Positions 26,750-36,667 of a stretch of 64,000 nucleotides of DNA are shown one piece after another. Position 1 is the stretch's first letter. Each line of letters opens with the position of its first letter. The position numbers and the translations under genes were made by a program. Under the pieces are notes generated by a model. That model had not been told where the DNA came from and did no database searches. It saw only the letters and a list, made by a program, of their open reading frames with translations. This stretch comes from an uncultured Muribaculaceae bacterium (GTDB taxonomy: Bacteria > Bacteroidota > Bacteroidia > Bacteroidales > Muribaculaceae): contig CAJTPZ010000003.1 of assembly GCA_910578395.1 (NCBI GenBank), positions 25,476-89,475 on the forward strand, given 5' to 3'.

Positions 26750-27226
26750 ATGATGGATATAGTGCTTTATATATTGGCCGCAATATGTTTGCTGGTAGGG
26801 TTTCTTGGATGTTTTCTGCCGGTATTGCCCGGACCTCCGGTGTCCTATATAGGTCTTTTGTTGTTGCAGGCGACAGACCGGTTTCATTTTTCGGTGGGAC
26901 AACTGGTATTATGGGCATTATTGGTCGTTGTCGTGCTTGTGATGGATTATTTAATGCCCGTATTGGGTGCAAAGTACAGTGGAGGCAGCAAATGGGGTAA
27001 ATGGGGATGTCTGGTTGGATCCATTGTCGGTATATTTCTGTTTGCTCCATGGGGAATCCTGTTGGGGCCTTTCATAGGAGCCTGTATCGGGGAGCTGGCA
27101 GGCGGAAAAGGGATCGGTGATGCTGTAAAAGCAGGATTTGGAGCGTTTGTGGGCTTTTTGGTAAGTGTGGTTCTTAAAGCGGTGCTTTGTGTGTATTTTG
27201 TGTATTGTGCAATCACAGCCTGTTGA
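26750..27226 (+). CDS. DUF456 family membrane protein
   Basis: Four hydrophobic helices. LPVLPGPPVSYIGLLLL and LGPFIGACIGEL are typical of DUF456. Start taken at the ATG pair at 26750. Confidence 0.65.
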   Translation: MMDIVLYILAAICLLVGFLGCFLPVLPGPPVSYIGLLLLQATDRFHFSVGQLVLWALLVVVVLVMDYLMPVLGAKYSGGSKWGKWGCLVGSIVGIFLFAPWGILLGPFIGACIGELAGGKGIGDAVKAGFGAFVGFLVSVVLKAVLCVYFVYCAITAC

Positions 27227-27271
27227 TCTTTTGTTCCGGTCGATATTTGCTATTTTTTTCGTCGAATATTC

Positions 27272-28534
27272 TTGTTATATTTGAAGTTCATAAACAGAAA
27301 TAAAGTGTTTGCATCGTTTTTAGCCCGAAGGATGAGCCTGATCAGAGCTGACCGTAGAAGCCTGGTAGGATCTGTTGTCGCGATTGCCGGAGTGGCGCTT
27401 GCCGTATGCACGATGATGTTGACAGTTGCTGTATCAAGAGGATTCGGCAGGGAGGTGACGGCCAGATTGCTTGCTTTTGATGCGCCGCTGACGGTCTCTG
27501 TTCCTCCTATTGTGGAGGGAGAATCTATGGTTGCTGTGACACCTGAATTGCGTGAGGTGATAAACGATGTTTTTCCTGGGGTTGAGAATGTGGCTGTATG
27601 GCAGACACCGGCAATGGTGAAGTCGTCGACGTCATTTGATGGACTGATTCTGAAAAATCTTTCAGGAAGAAGTCATTGCGGTTTTATATGCGAATCACTT
27701 GTAAGAGGCAGAACGCCAGAAAAGACTGGAGATATATTGATTTCGTCCGAGACAGCAGAAACACTTGATGTAGATACTGCCGACAGGGTAGATATTGCTT
27801 TATTTATTGATGGAGCGGTCAAATTACGCCGTGCGACAGTCGCCGGTATATATAATACCCATTTTGTGGATTACGATGGCAATGTGGCGTTTATTGATTC
27901 AATGACACTTATAAGCGCATTACGGGCGGAAGACGGGGCATTGGCTACTGAGGTGGAAATTTTTGCCGACGGATCACCGGGAGAATTTCCTGTAATGGCT
28001 ACAATGTTGCAAAATGCGCTGTCAAAAGCTAACTTTACCGGAAAGCTCTCCGACTATTATCGTGTCGATAATTTTACTGATACAGCATCATCTTATCTTG
28101 GCTGGCTGGCTCTTCTTGATGTAAATGTGATGGTAATTATAGGCCTCATGGCATTCATTGCGGCTTTCACTCTCACATCGTCAATGATTGTAATAGTGCT
28201 TGAGCGGGTTAAGTCGATAGGTATGCTCAAGGCTTTGGGAGCAAGCAACGGTCAGTTGCAGTCGGTGTTTATGATACTTGGCGTGCGTCTTTTACTTTGT
28301 GGTATTGCTATAGCCGATGCCATATCGATGGTGCTTATCGTAATGCAACGTCAATTTCACGTGTTGCCGCTTGATCCGAAAAACTATTATCTTGACTATG
28401 TGCCTGTCGACATGACCTGGCAGATGTTTATGATGGTGAATGTGGGTGCCATGGTGCTTGGAGTGCTGACAATGTTTATTCCGGTGAAGATTATCGCTAC
28501 AGTGCGTCCGGTACAGGCAATATCGTTTGAATAA
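27272..28534 (+). CDS. ABC transporter permease, FtsX/LolE-like
   Basis: N-terminal FLARR...TM helix, a large periplasmic loop and a C-terminal FtsX domain (ERVKSIGMLKALGASNGQL). No ATG start is available, only TTG 27272 or GTG 27305. Confidence 0.8.
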   Translation: MLYLKFINRNKVFASFLARRMSLIRADRRSLVGSVVAIAGVALAVCTMMLTVAVSRGFGREVTARLLAFDAPLTVSVPPIVEGESMVAVTPELREVINDVFPGVENVAVWQTPAMVKSSTSFDGLILKNLSGRSHCGFICESLVRGRTPEKTGDILISSETAETLDVDTADRVDIALFIDGAVKLRRATVAGIYNTHFVDYDGNVAFIDSMTLISALRAEDGALATEVEIFADGSPGEFPVMATMLQNALSKANFTGKLSDYYRVDNFTDTASSYLGWLALLDVNVMVIIGLMAFIAAFTLTSSMIVIVLERVKSIGMLKALGASNGQLQSVFMILGVRLLLCGIAIADAISMVLIVMQRQFHVLPLDPKNYYLDYVPVDMTWQMFMMVNVGAMVLGVLTMFIPVKIIATVRPVQAISFE

Positions 28535-28553
28535 TTGGATAATATAAATCTAT

Positions 28554-29528
28554 ATGGACAGAAATATTAAAATCAGTGTAGTAGGAACCGGAAAGATCGT
28601 AAATGAAGTTCTGCCGCTCATCACGCGTGATGATATGCATTATACCATCACATCGGTCTACGCTTATCGTAACGTTGATAATGCGCGTTGTCTTGCCGAG
28701 GCATTCGATATAGAGAAAGTGTATACCGATTATGACGAATTGCTGTGTGATGATACTGCTGATTTCATTTATATAGCCAATGTGAATACGGCTCATTATG
28801 AGTATGCGCTTAAAGCTCTTGAAAGTGGACGTAATGTCATTGTAGAGAAACCGCTTTGTACATGTTATGATGATGCGTACAGGCTCATTGACACAGCCCA
28901 AAAGAATCATTGTTATATTTTTGAGGCTGTTTCTCTGCTTTACAACCCTGTTTATGACGAAATTGCCGATGCACTGAAAAAGATCGGCAAAATTTCGATG
29001 GTGACAGCAAACTACAGCCAGCTTTCGAGTCGATATAAAATGTATTGTGACCATGTGGTGGCGCCTGCGTTTGATCCGGAACTTGCCGGCGGAGCTCTAA
29101 TGGATCTAAATGTCTACAATATAAATTTTCTGGTTGGTCTTTTCGGACGGCCTGACGCGTCATCATATTTTCCACGCCTCGGCTATAACGGCGTGGATCT
29201 TGCCGGGGCTGCTGTGCTGAAGTACACCGATTTTCCGGCGGTATGTTGCTCTGCCAAGGATTCCGATGCTCCGTCGGGTGCTGTTATTCAGGGTGATGTA
29301 GGGTATATTACGGTTGATTCGCCGGTCAGTGTGCTTGCTTGTGCCAAGATTTATATAGATGGGAAACTTGATAAAGTGATTGATGCTCCTGTCGGATCGC
29401 ACCGGCTTGAGTTTGAATTCAAAAAAATCCATGATATATATATGCGTGGAGATTATGACGCCATGATAGCGAAGAGCAATATCTCCCTATGGGTCATGGA
29501 GATTCTTGAGTCTTTGAGGAAGAGCTGA
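28554..29528 (+). CDS. Gfo/Idh/MocA family oxidoreductase
   Basis: N-terminal Rossmann segment (KISVVGTGKIVNEVLP) and an EKP motif (VIVEKPLC). Confidence 0.8.
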   Translation: MDRNIKISVVGTGKIVNEVLPLITRDDMHYTITSVYAYRNVDNARCLAEAFDIEKVYTDYDELLCDDTADFIYIANVNTAHYEYALKALESGRNVIVEKPLCTCYDDAYRLIDTAQKNHCYIFEAVSLLYNPVYDEIADALKKIGKISMVTANYSQLSSRYKMYCDHVVAPAFDPELAGGALMDLNVYNINFLVGLFGRPDASSYFPRLGYNGVDLAGAAVLKYTDFPAVCCSAKDSDAPSGAVIQGDVGYITVDSPVSVLACAKIYIDGKLDKVIDAPVGSHRLEFEFKKIHDIYMRGDYDAMIAKSNISLWVMEILESLRKS

Positions 29529-29548
29529 CGCAGAAGTATTGTCAGGTT

Positions 29549-30298
29549 ATGGATAAAATACCTTTGTTTTCTATTATAACTGTCTGCTATAATGCCGCTG
29601 ATACGATAGCGGCCACTCTCGATAGTGTAAAATCGCAGACGTTTTCCGATTATGAGTATATCGTTCAGGACGGAGGTTCTGATGACGGCACTGTCGATCT
29701 GATAAAAAATGCCGATATTGAATGTCTGCATCTGGTGAGTGGGCGTGACAAAGGAATATATGACGCTATGAACCGCGGCCTCGGTAGGGCCCGTGGTGAA
29801 TATGTCATTTTTCTTAATGCAGGAGATTCCTTTCATGGAATTGATGCTCTTGTACGTGTTGCAGAGGCAGTGGAGAGGAATAACCGTCCTGGCATTGTCT
29901 ATGGGCAGACTATGCTTGTCGATATCAATAGATATTATGTGGGGCCAAGGCACCTCACAGCGCCGTCATCATTAAAGCTCGAGAATTTTTCAGATGGAAT
30001 GGTTGTGTGTCATCAGGCATTTGTAGTACTTCGCCGCATTACATCATTCTATAATACCGATTTTCGCTTTTCGGCTGATTACGACTGGTGCATCCAGTGC
30101 CTGCAGCATTCCAGAAATAATGTGTATATTGGAGACGAGCCATTGATTGAGTATCTTAATGAGGGGACCACTACGCGCAACCGATTTCGATCGCTCAGGG
30201 AAAGATGGCAGATCATGTCAACATATTTCGGATTGTGGATGACTGTGTGGAAGCATGTTACATTTGTGGTCCGTGCAGTAAAAAGGAAGTCGTTATGA
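29549..30298 (+). CDS. Glycosyltransferase family 2
   Basis: FSIITVCYNAADTIAATLDSVKSQTFSDYEYIVQDGGSDDGT and the DxD-like FLNAGD. Confidence 0.85.
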   Translation: MDKIPLFSIITVCYNAADTIAATLDSVKSQTFSDYEYIVQDGGSDDGTVDLIKNADIECLHLVSGRDKGIYDAMNRGLGRARGEYVIFLNAGDSFHGIDALVRVAEAVERNNRPGIVYGQTMLVDINRYYVGPRHLTAPSSLKLENFSDGMVVCHQAFVVLRRITSFYNTDFRFSADYDWCIQCLQHSRNNVYIGDEPLIEYLNEGTTTRNRFRSLRERWQIMSTYFGLWMTVWKHVTFVVRAVKRKSL

Positions 30299-30606
30299 TA
30301 CAGTTTAATTCAACTTTTTTCATACCGGTAGATAAAATTGATGCCGCTACAGCTTGGCTGAAGGATAATTATCTGTCGGAAATTAAGAAGTGTTGTGGAG
30401 AAGGGAATGTGATGCTCGGCCGACTGTTGACGGCTGTGGAGGAAGACCATGCAGGGCTCACTGTTACAGCCCGTTTTGCAACTGAAGCCGACGCCGAGGT
30501 GTGGGATGCAAAAAACGGATCATTATTAAGAATGCAGATGGGGCAGGCTTTGAAATTGGTTCAGGTGTTGCATTTTAGTTCAATGATTGAAATAATAAGT
30601 CTTTGA
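30295..30606 (+). CDS. DUF4286-like small protein
   Basis: 103 aa starting MIQFNSTFFIPVD. The ATG overlaps the GT2 stop (ATGA) and the stop lies 1 nt before the ruvC start. Family call is from memory only. Confidence 0.45.
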   Translation: MIQFNSTFFIPVDKIDAATAWLKDNYLSEIKKCCGEGNVMLGRLLTAVEEDHAGLTVTARFATEADAEVWDAKNGSLLRMQMGQALKLVQVLHFSSMIEIISL

Positions 30607-30607
30607 A

Positions 30608-31183
30608 GTGGAGATATCGAAGACAGGCGATTGGGATCGTGTAGTGCTTGGAATAGATCCAGGTACAAATGTCATGGGATATGGGGTGATAGGCATAAAG
30701 GGAAAGACGCCTCACATGGTTACTATGGGAGTGCTTACTCTTGGTAAAATGGGATCGCACTACATGAAACTTCACCGTATTTATGAGCGTGTGCAAGGAT
30801 TGGTTGAGCAATATCTGCCGGACGAATTTGCTATCGAGGCTCCGTTTTTTGGAAAAAACGTTCAGTCGATGCTTAAACTCGGGCGTGCCCAGGGTGTGGC
30901 AATGGCGGCGGCTTTGTCACGTGATGTGCCTATTTTTGAATATGAGCCGAGAAAGGTGAAGATGGCTATAACCGGGAGTGGAGGTGCGAGTAAAGAGCAG
31001 GTGCGTGAAATGCTTGTAAGAATTCTATCGATAAATCGTGATACGCTTCTGCCTGAACTTGATGCTACAGATGCTCTTGCTGTTGGGCTTTGTCATTTTT
31101 ATGAGAGTTCCCGTCCGTTGCCGAGCGGTGGTGCGACTTCTTGGAAAGATTTTATTGCGCGCCACCCTGAGCGCGTGAAATAG
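30608..31183 (+). CDS. ruvC: Crossover junction endodeoxyribonuclease RuvC
   Basis: VLGIDPGTNVMGYGVI..., EFAIEAPFFGKNVQSMLKLGRAQG and LDATDALAVGLCH. GTG start at 30608. Confidence 0.9.
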   Translation: MEISKTGDWDRVVLGIDPGTNVMGYGVIGIKGKTPHMVTMGVLTLGKMGSHYMKLHRIYERVQGLVEQYLPDEFAIEAPFFGKNVQSMLKLGRAQGVAMAAALSRDVPIFEYEPRKVKMAITGSGGASKEQVREMLVRILSINRDTLLPELDATDALAVGLCHFYESSRPLPSGGATSWKDFIARHPERVK

Positions 31184-31264
31184 TCCGGCTCCGTGCCATA
31201 TTTCCGGTCTAACATTTTTGCAGCTTCATGCGTTAAATCATAAAGGGTTAAAACAAGACGTATT

Positions 31265-32332
31265 ATGAGTGATAAAAAAGCTGCGATCCGCCAGATATGG
31301 TATGAATGTTTCCATGATACCACGCAATGGATGGACATGTTTTTCTCCAAAGTGTATGATGAGGAGGATGCGCTGGTGCTTGAATACAATGGTCATGCAG
31401 TAAGTTCAATGCTGCTTCGGCAGTACAAGATGTTGTTGTATGGCGAGGAAATCTCCATGGGGTATATTTCAGGAGCGGCTACCCGGAGGATGGAACGGGG
31501 ACGTGGATATATGTCGGAACTTGTAAGGATTGCATTGCGGCAGGCACATCATCGTGGCAATGTGCTTGTGTCGCTCATACCGGCATCAAGACGCCTGTTT
31601 TATTTCTATGAACGCATGGGATTTTCAACAGTGTTCTATGTCAAGAATGACCGGTATACTTCACTACATAGTTTTGTGCCTGAGGGGAGTTATTTTCGTA
31701 TCGAGGACTATGATACTGACATGGTTTATGATTTTTTCAGCAGTTGTGAGTTTCGGCGTGACGGTACGGTAATCCATTCACGTGACGAATTCAACCATAT
31801 CATGGATGACAATCGCATTGATGGTGGTGAAGTCGTTGTTGTGGGCCGGAAAGGGGAAGAAGGTATTGCTGCTGTAGGATTTGCAGCTGTCGACGAGTAT
31901 TACGGACGTCTTGTGGTAAAAGACATCCTGGCAAAAGATGATGATGCTATGGAAGGCCTGCTTGCTGAGTATCGTCGGTTGTATGATGATTTTCCTTTTA
32001 CGGTAGTTCGTCCGGTCGGGTATGCCGCGCGTCCGATTGATCAGTATGGTATGGTGCGTATAGTAAATGTAGGGGATCTGTTTTTGACTATAGCGCATCG
32101 ATATCCTGATCTGAAGCTAAATGTCAGAGTCCGGGATGATCTTATTCATGAAAATGATAAGGTTTTCATGATTGAATCAGGTAGTGTGTCAGCTTTATCG
32201 CGTTTTTCAGGAACACCCGATCTTGATGTGACAGTGCAGACACTTGCATTGATTTTATTCAATAAGCCTGAAGTTGGCGAGATTTTTGGAATCCCAAGTG
32301 TCAGGCCGTTTATGGCACTTATGCTGGAGTAG
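31265..32332 (+). CDS. GNAT family N-acetyltransferase (Eis-like, with C-terminal SCP2-like domain)
   Basis: GNAT core RRMERGRGYMSELV plus a second GNAT-like lobe and a C-terminal sterol-carrier-like tail. Confidence 0.65.
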   Translation: MSDKKAAIRQIWYECFHDTTQWMDMFFSKVYDEEDALVLEYNGHAVSSMLLRQYKMLLYGEEISMGYISGAATRRMERGRGYMSELVRIALRQAHHRGNVLVSLIPASRRLFYFYERMGFSTVFYVKNDRYTSLHSFVPEGSYFRIEDYDTDMVYDFFSSCEFRRDGTVIHSRDEFNHIMDDNRIDGGEVVVVGRKGEEGIAAVGFAAVDEYYGRLVVKDILAKDDDAMEGLLAEYRRLYDDFPFTVVRPVGYAARPIDQYGMVRIVNVGDLFLTIAHRYPDLKLNVRVRDDLIHENDKVFMIESGSVSALSRFSGTPDLDVTVQTLALILFNKPEVGEIFGIPSVRPFMALMLE

Positions 32333-32338
32333 GTCGAG

Positions 32339-34810
32339 TTATTGTAATTCAACGACCGTGATGCCGGCGCCGCCGAAACGCACGTCTTCGTCATGAGCAT
32401 CAACAACATCATGAATGCTTGCGAGATATTGTCGTATGGCCTGACGGAGCGCACCTGTGCCTGTGCCATGAAGTATTCTCACTCGTTGTGCTCCAAACTG
32501 GATAGCGTCGTCGATGAAGTAGGTTACAGCCTGTAATCCCTCGTCGACTCTCATGCCGCGTATGTCGATCTCTTGTTTGAAATTAAGCCTTTTTTCACGC
32601 ATTGAATCAGTGGTGCCGCGTGAAACGAATGAAGCGGCCTTGTCGCTATTGTTTTTTTCTTTGGCCAGAGTGTGACGCAGACGGTCAAGCGTTATTGATG
32701 TCTTCAATAAGCCGAATGTAACGGTCGCTTTATTGCCGTTGATTTCAATTACACGTCCCGGTATGGATTGTCCTTCCATTTTCACCATGTCGCCGATTTC
32801 TATTTTCTTATTGGTGACAGGTGTGGGATTTTCAGACTTTTGTACAGATTGTTTTCTGTGGCTTTTCTTCTTTAGCTCTTTTGGAAGTGACTGGTCAGGG
32901 GTGATTCTGTTTACGTTTTTTTTCGTTTCTTCGAGTTTTTTTCTGGCTTCAAGCGTGGCATTGCGCTCTGCCTGGGCGTTTTTTATATCTCGTATGGTTC
33001 GCTCGATTGCCGCATTGCTTCCCTGCAGTATTTTTCTTGCCTCCTCCTGTGCTTCCGCTATGATTTCCCGTCGTTTTGATCTGAGTTGGTCTGCTTCCGA
33101 CTCATACCGCTCGATAGCCTGTTCGATGCGTTTTTCTTTCTGCCGTATGTCAAGCCGCTTGTTTTCCCAATATTTGCGGTCACGTGCAATATCGAGAAGA
33201 TAGCGGTCCATGTTCACATAGTCACTGCCGACAATTTCTCTTGCAGTGTCTATGACATTTTGCGGAAGTCCTGTCTGACGTGCTATCTCAAGTGCGAATG
33301 AACTGCCTGGTTGTCCTACTGAAAGCCTGAACAGAGGTTTCATAAGGTGCCGGTCGTAGAGCATGGATCCGTTTATCAGTCCGTCAGTATCCTCTGCGAA
33401 GTGTTTTAGATTCTGATAGTGTGTGGTAATTACTCCCCACACTTGCTTGCGGTTGAGTTCTGCAAGTATTGCCTGGGCTATGGCGCCGCCTATTTGAGGC
33501 TCGGTCCCCCCTCCGAATTCATCGACAAGAACAAGTGTTGTCGCAGATCCACCCGACAATACACGTTTCATGTTACGGAGGTGTGAACTGTAGGTCGACA
33601 GGTCGTTTTCAATGGACTGGTCATCGCCTATGTCGATGAATATGCTGTCGAATATACCTATGTGTGAGTTTGACCACAGGCATGGCAGAATACCGCATTG
33701 TGCCATGTATTGGGTAATTCCTGCAGTTTTGAGGCAGATTGATTTTCCTCCTGCATTGGGCCCTGATATAACAAGAATACGATTGCCTTGTGGCAGCGCT
33801 ATATCGAGTGGTACTATTTCACGGCCTTGACGGCGTAGTGACAACAGTAACTCTGGATGGCGCGCACCATACCATTCAATGACAGGGTTGTCATGAATCT
33901 CAGGCATGGTTGCATCGGTGTCTTTGGCGAATATAGCCTTGGCTCTTATGAAATCGAGGCGGGTGAGGACCTCGATGTTTATTTCGATTGAGTCGGCAAA
34001 CGGGCGCAGCCCATCGGTAAGCTGGGCAAGTATTCGGGCTATTTCACGTCTTTCATCGAGCTGTAGCTGTCTGAGACGGTTGTTGGCTTCGACAACTTCT
34101 GCCGGTTCGATATATATTGTTTTGCCGGTGGAAGATTCATCATGGACAATTCCAGGAATCTTGCGTTTGTTCATCGGTGCTACAGGAACAACAAGGCGTC
34201 CGTCGCGCATGGCAGGAGAAGTGTCGTGATCAATCCATCCTTCGGTCACCGCACGTGCCATAATGCGCCGCATTACAGTGTTCACTGTTCCTCCTGCCGC
34301 TGAGATCTGATGTCTTATAGATGCAAGTTCGGGTGAGGCGTTGTCTTTAATATCTCCTTTTGGATCTATGATCCGGTCAATGAGCCGCAACACCTGAGGT
34401 AGTGGCAACAGTTCATTTACTATTGCTTCAAGATGAGGCCATGAAAGCCGGGATTCGATGTGCCGGGTTTGAAAAAAGCCGTAAACCTTCTCGGTACACT
34501 GCAAAGCGCGGCGTATTGCCGACAACTGTTCGGTATCAAGTGTCGATCCCTGAAGTCTTAGGCGTCCGTAGGTCTCTGACATTGACCGTTGTGGGATAAG
34601 GTCAATCGGGATGTGTGTTCCGGAATCAGTCGACAATGAGTTCAGATATTCACTGACGGCCATCAGCCGGCCACACACTTCAGAGAAAATTGTGCAAAAC
34701 GACATCTCGGCAACCATGAATTTGGCGCCTTCGCTTATACAATGGCTACTGATAGCTTCACGTACAGCAGTGAAGCCTATTTTATTTTCAAAATTATCAG
34801 GGAAAATCAA
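32339..34810 (-). CDS. mutS2: Endonuclease MutS2
   Basis: 823 aa. Walker A ISGPNAGGKS, Walker B LVLVDEFGGGTEP and a C-terminal Smr domain (IDIRGMRVDEGL...ILHGTGTGALR). Confidence 0.9.
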   Translation of the reverse strand: MIFPDNFENKIGFTAVREAISSHCISEGAKFMVAEMSFCTIFSEVCGRLMAVSEYLNSLSTDSGTHIPIDLIPQRSMSETYGRLRLQGSTLDTEQLSAIRRALQCTEKVYGFFQTRHIESRLSWPHLEAIVNELLPLPQVLRLIDRIIDPKGDIKDNASPELASIRHQISAAGGTVNTVMRRIMARAVTEGWIDHDTSPAMRDGRLVVPVAPMNKRKIPGIVHDESSTGKTIYIEPAEVVEANNRLRQLQLDERREIARILAQLTDGLRPFADSIEINIEVLTRLDFIRAKAIFAKDTDATMPEIHDNPVIEWYGARHPELLLSLRRQGREIVPLDIALPQGNRILVISGPNAGGKSICLKTAGITQYMAQCGILPCLWSNSHIGIFDSIFIDIGDDQSIENDLSTYSSHLRNMKRVLSGGSATTLVLVDEFGGGTEPQIGGAIAQAILAELNRKQVWGVITTHYQNLKHFAEDTDGLINGSMLYDRHLMKPLFRLSVGQPGSSFALEIARQTGLPQNVIDTAREIVGSDYVNMDRYLLDIARDRKYWENKRLDIRQKEKRIEQAIERYESEADQLRSKRREIIAEAQEEARKILQGSNAAIERTIRDIKNAQAERNATLEARKKLEETKKNVNRITPDQSLPKELKKKSHRKQSVQKSENPTPVTNKKIEIGDMVKMEGQSIPGRVIEINGNKATVTFGLLKTSITLDRLRHTLAKEKNNSDKAASFVSRGTTDSMREKRLNFKQEIDIRGMRVDEGLQAVTYFIDDAIQFGAQRVRILHGTGTGALRQAIRQYLASIHDVVDAHDEDVRFGGAGITVVELQ

Positions 34811-34937
34811 TTGGCTGATTCAATTTAGAAATGTTGTCAAAATTATTATTTTTTGGTTTAAAAAACAAATTGAGAAAGGGGAGTGTTATACTCTTAAAAA
34901 ATAGAAAAACACACATTAATTTAAACAACATTTAATT

Positions 34938-35492
34938 ATGTCAGCCTTAAAACTTAATTACTGGGGGACCACCAGATATTGGTGGGCTATTCTTGTTGTA
35001 GGTGTTCTGCTGGTTATCGGTGGATTTGCCTATTGGTTCTGGCCTCAGGCCGGATATGCTGTCGCATCGCAGATTTTCGGATGGCTTCTCATTCTCGCTG
35101 GAGTAGTACAGGTGTGCTTCTCGGCCGGACGAAATCGCCCACGTGGATGGGGATGGTGGTTGGCTGGAGGAGTAATCGATATGTTTATCGGTTTTATGCT
35201 TGTCAGAAGCGTTATGCTTTCTGAACTTGTATTTCCATACTTCCTTGCCATCATTTTCATTTTCTGGGGTATCAGCGCGGTAATTCAATCAGTTAGTTAT
35301 CGTGTAGGGCGCGGATGGTGGCTATATCTCATCAATGGAATTCTGCTCATGATCATCGGATTCTTTTTCCTTGAAGCCGGTTATGTGCAGAATATGATGA
35401 TGGTATCGTTCCTTGCAGCGTTGTCATTCATTTATTGGGGATTCTCGATTGCTATGACTGCCTACGCTTTGCGTCCTTACGAAAACGGGTAA
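34938..35492 (+). CDS. HdeD/DUF308 family membrane protein
   Basis: 184 aa with six hydrophobic helices showing the repeated W..L.G... pattern of DUF308. Confidence 0.65.
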   Translation: MSALKLNYWGTTRYWWAILVVGVLLVIGGFAYWFWPQAGYAVASQIFGWLLILAGVVQVCFSAGRNRPRGWGWWLAGGVIDMFIGFMLVRSVMLSELVFPYFLAIIFIFWGISAVIQSVSYRVGRGWWLYLINGILLMIIGFFFLEAGYVQNMMMVSFLAALSFIYWGFSIAMTAYALRPYENG

Positions 35493-35516
35493 TACCGAGG
35501 TAGTAATTACTGTACA

Positions 35517-35550
35517 AGAGCCGGGTCCTTTGAGGATCCGGCTCTTTCGT
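35517..35550 (+). terminator. Hairpin terminator after the DUF308 gene
   Basis: AGAGCCGGGTCC (35517-35528) pairs with GGATCCGGCTCT (35534-45) with one mismatch, followed by TTTCGT. Confidence 0.6.
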
Positions 35551-35573
35551 ATAATAATATTGGTTATAGATAT

Positions 35574-35619
35574 AAAAAACGACCGGTTAGCCTTTTGAGG
35601 GTTAACCGGTCTTGTTTTG
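35574..35619 (-). terminator. Hairpin terminator (minus strand; also T-rich on the plus side)
   Basis: GACCGGTTA (35581-89) pairs with TAACCGGTC (35603-11). Flanked by AAAAAAC on the plus strand, which reads GTTTTTT after the hairpin on the minus strand. Lies 135 nt downstream of the TlpA-like gene. Confidence 0.55.
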
Positions 35620-35752
35620 CTCGCGCTATGGCTAAGGCTGTTAAATAAAGCAACGTGGAAAAGCTTTATATGGAAGTAGCCCTATCGTGATGCCTTGTGC
35701 GTGGGGGCTTGTTTAGTCGCGTGTTTTTTGTAAAGATCAAGACAATTGCACC

Positions 35753-36253
35753 TTATATCTGATTTAACTGATCGGTAGTCGGGTTTATAGCCACGATTCG
35801 TCCGTCGGGATCAATCAGGAATGATTTTGTCTGAGCTCCGAGCTGAAAATCCTCAATCACGAAAGAGGCCTGCTCTGCTCCGATATGAAACTGCTGGGTT
35901 CGGTCAAGGTGGTCACGTTTTACTATCTCCTCAAACATACGCTTGTTAGAGTCAAGATTGACTGCCACCAATTCTATCTTTTTGCCTCGAGTCTCTGACT
36001 TTTCAGAATCAATCCACTGTTGATATTGATTTACTGCAAGTCTTGAGTCTGCCCGATTACTATCCCAGAAAGAGAGCAACAGGTATCTGCCACGAAAAGC
36101 AGCAAGTGAAGTTGTCTCTGTTGAGTCAGTATTACCCACTGACAGGTTCGGGACGTAGTACCCGACTGCCGGAGCTGTTATCCTCTGTGTAAATGCCGAG
36201 GAAGCGAGCATGAGAGCAAAGAACCCGACAATCCCAAAGATTGTTCTCTTCAT
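35753..36253 (-). CDS. Thioredoxin-fold (TlpA/AhpC-TSA-like) secreted protein lacking any cysteine
   Basis: 166 aa with a signal peptide. YLLLSFWDSNRADSRLAV aligns with the FWASWCxPC region of TlpA-like proteins but carries no Cys. C-terminal SFLIDPDGRIVA is typical of the fold. Confidence 0.6.
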   Translation of the reverse strand: MKRTIFGIVGFFALMLASSAFTQRITAPAVGYYVPNLSVGNTDSTETTSLAAFRGRYLLLSFWDSNRADSRLAVNQYQQWIDSEKSETRGKKIELVAVNLDSNKRMFEEIVKRDHLDRTQQFHIGAEQASFVIEDFQLGAQTKSFLIDPDGRIVAINPTTDQLNQI

Positions 36254-36435
36254 TACATTTTATTAAAGTAAACAAATAAGACACATTCCAACCGCGCTCC
36301 CGCGCCATGAAATTTGGGCAATATGTAGAATTATAAATATTCAAATTGCTTGTGTCCTGCCGATTCTCGGCTGTCAGTCATCTCTATGACGTTGTTGATA
36401 TAACACTGCAAATGTATGATTTTGTTTACGATAAA

Positions 36436-36443
36436 CAAAATTA
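36436..36443 (-). promoter_or_regulatory. Candidate -7 box (TAATTTTG) overlapping a 10-bp-arm palindrome
   Basis: The reverse complement of 36436-36443 reads TAATTTTG. It overlaps the inverted repeat ATTTTGTTTA-CGA-TAAACAAAAT (36419-36441). Confidence 0.35.
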
Positions 36444-36625
36444 TAGCGTCAAGGCCTTACTACCCACGGCCCTATAAAACGGCTCAAACACCGTTGGGGT
36501 GGCGGTTTCAGGAGGTTGTTAAATTTGATTAAAGAGGATGCTCCACATGCGAAATATATGTTTAACAACATGTATTTGCAGACCATTCATTTTTATTGCC
36601 AAATGTAAGTCATAATCCCAAAGGA

Positions 36626-36667
36626 TATAAAAATCATAGCCTGCACATGACAATCATTGCAGGCTAT
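36626..36667 (-). terminator. Rho-independent terminator after the DUF1080 gene
   Basis: ATAGCCTGCA (36636-45) pairs with TGCAGGCTAT (36658-67). On the minus strand the hairpin is followed by GATTTTTAT. Confidence 0.7.

Noticed and set aside
28497-29054. Long antisense ORFs inside well-supported genes: 28497-29054, 29453-29953, 21153-21719, 60520-61167, 49454-49936, 59095-59676, 25073-25429 and 22590-23021.
   Set aside because: Each lies entirely within, and opposite to or out of frame with, a gene that has strong family motifs. Their translations are low-complexity and rich in R, H, I, L and C, as expected for shadow frames. None has its own promoter or intergenic context.
36547-36615. 22-codon Cys-rich mini-ORF (MRNICLTTCICRPFIFIAKCKS) preceded by AGGAGG in the long intergenic region.
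   Set aside because: It is too short to support from sequence alone. Shine-Dalgarno motifs are not reliable in Bacteroidota, and I cannot assess conservation.
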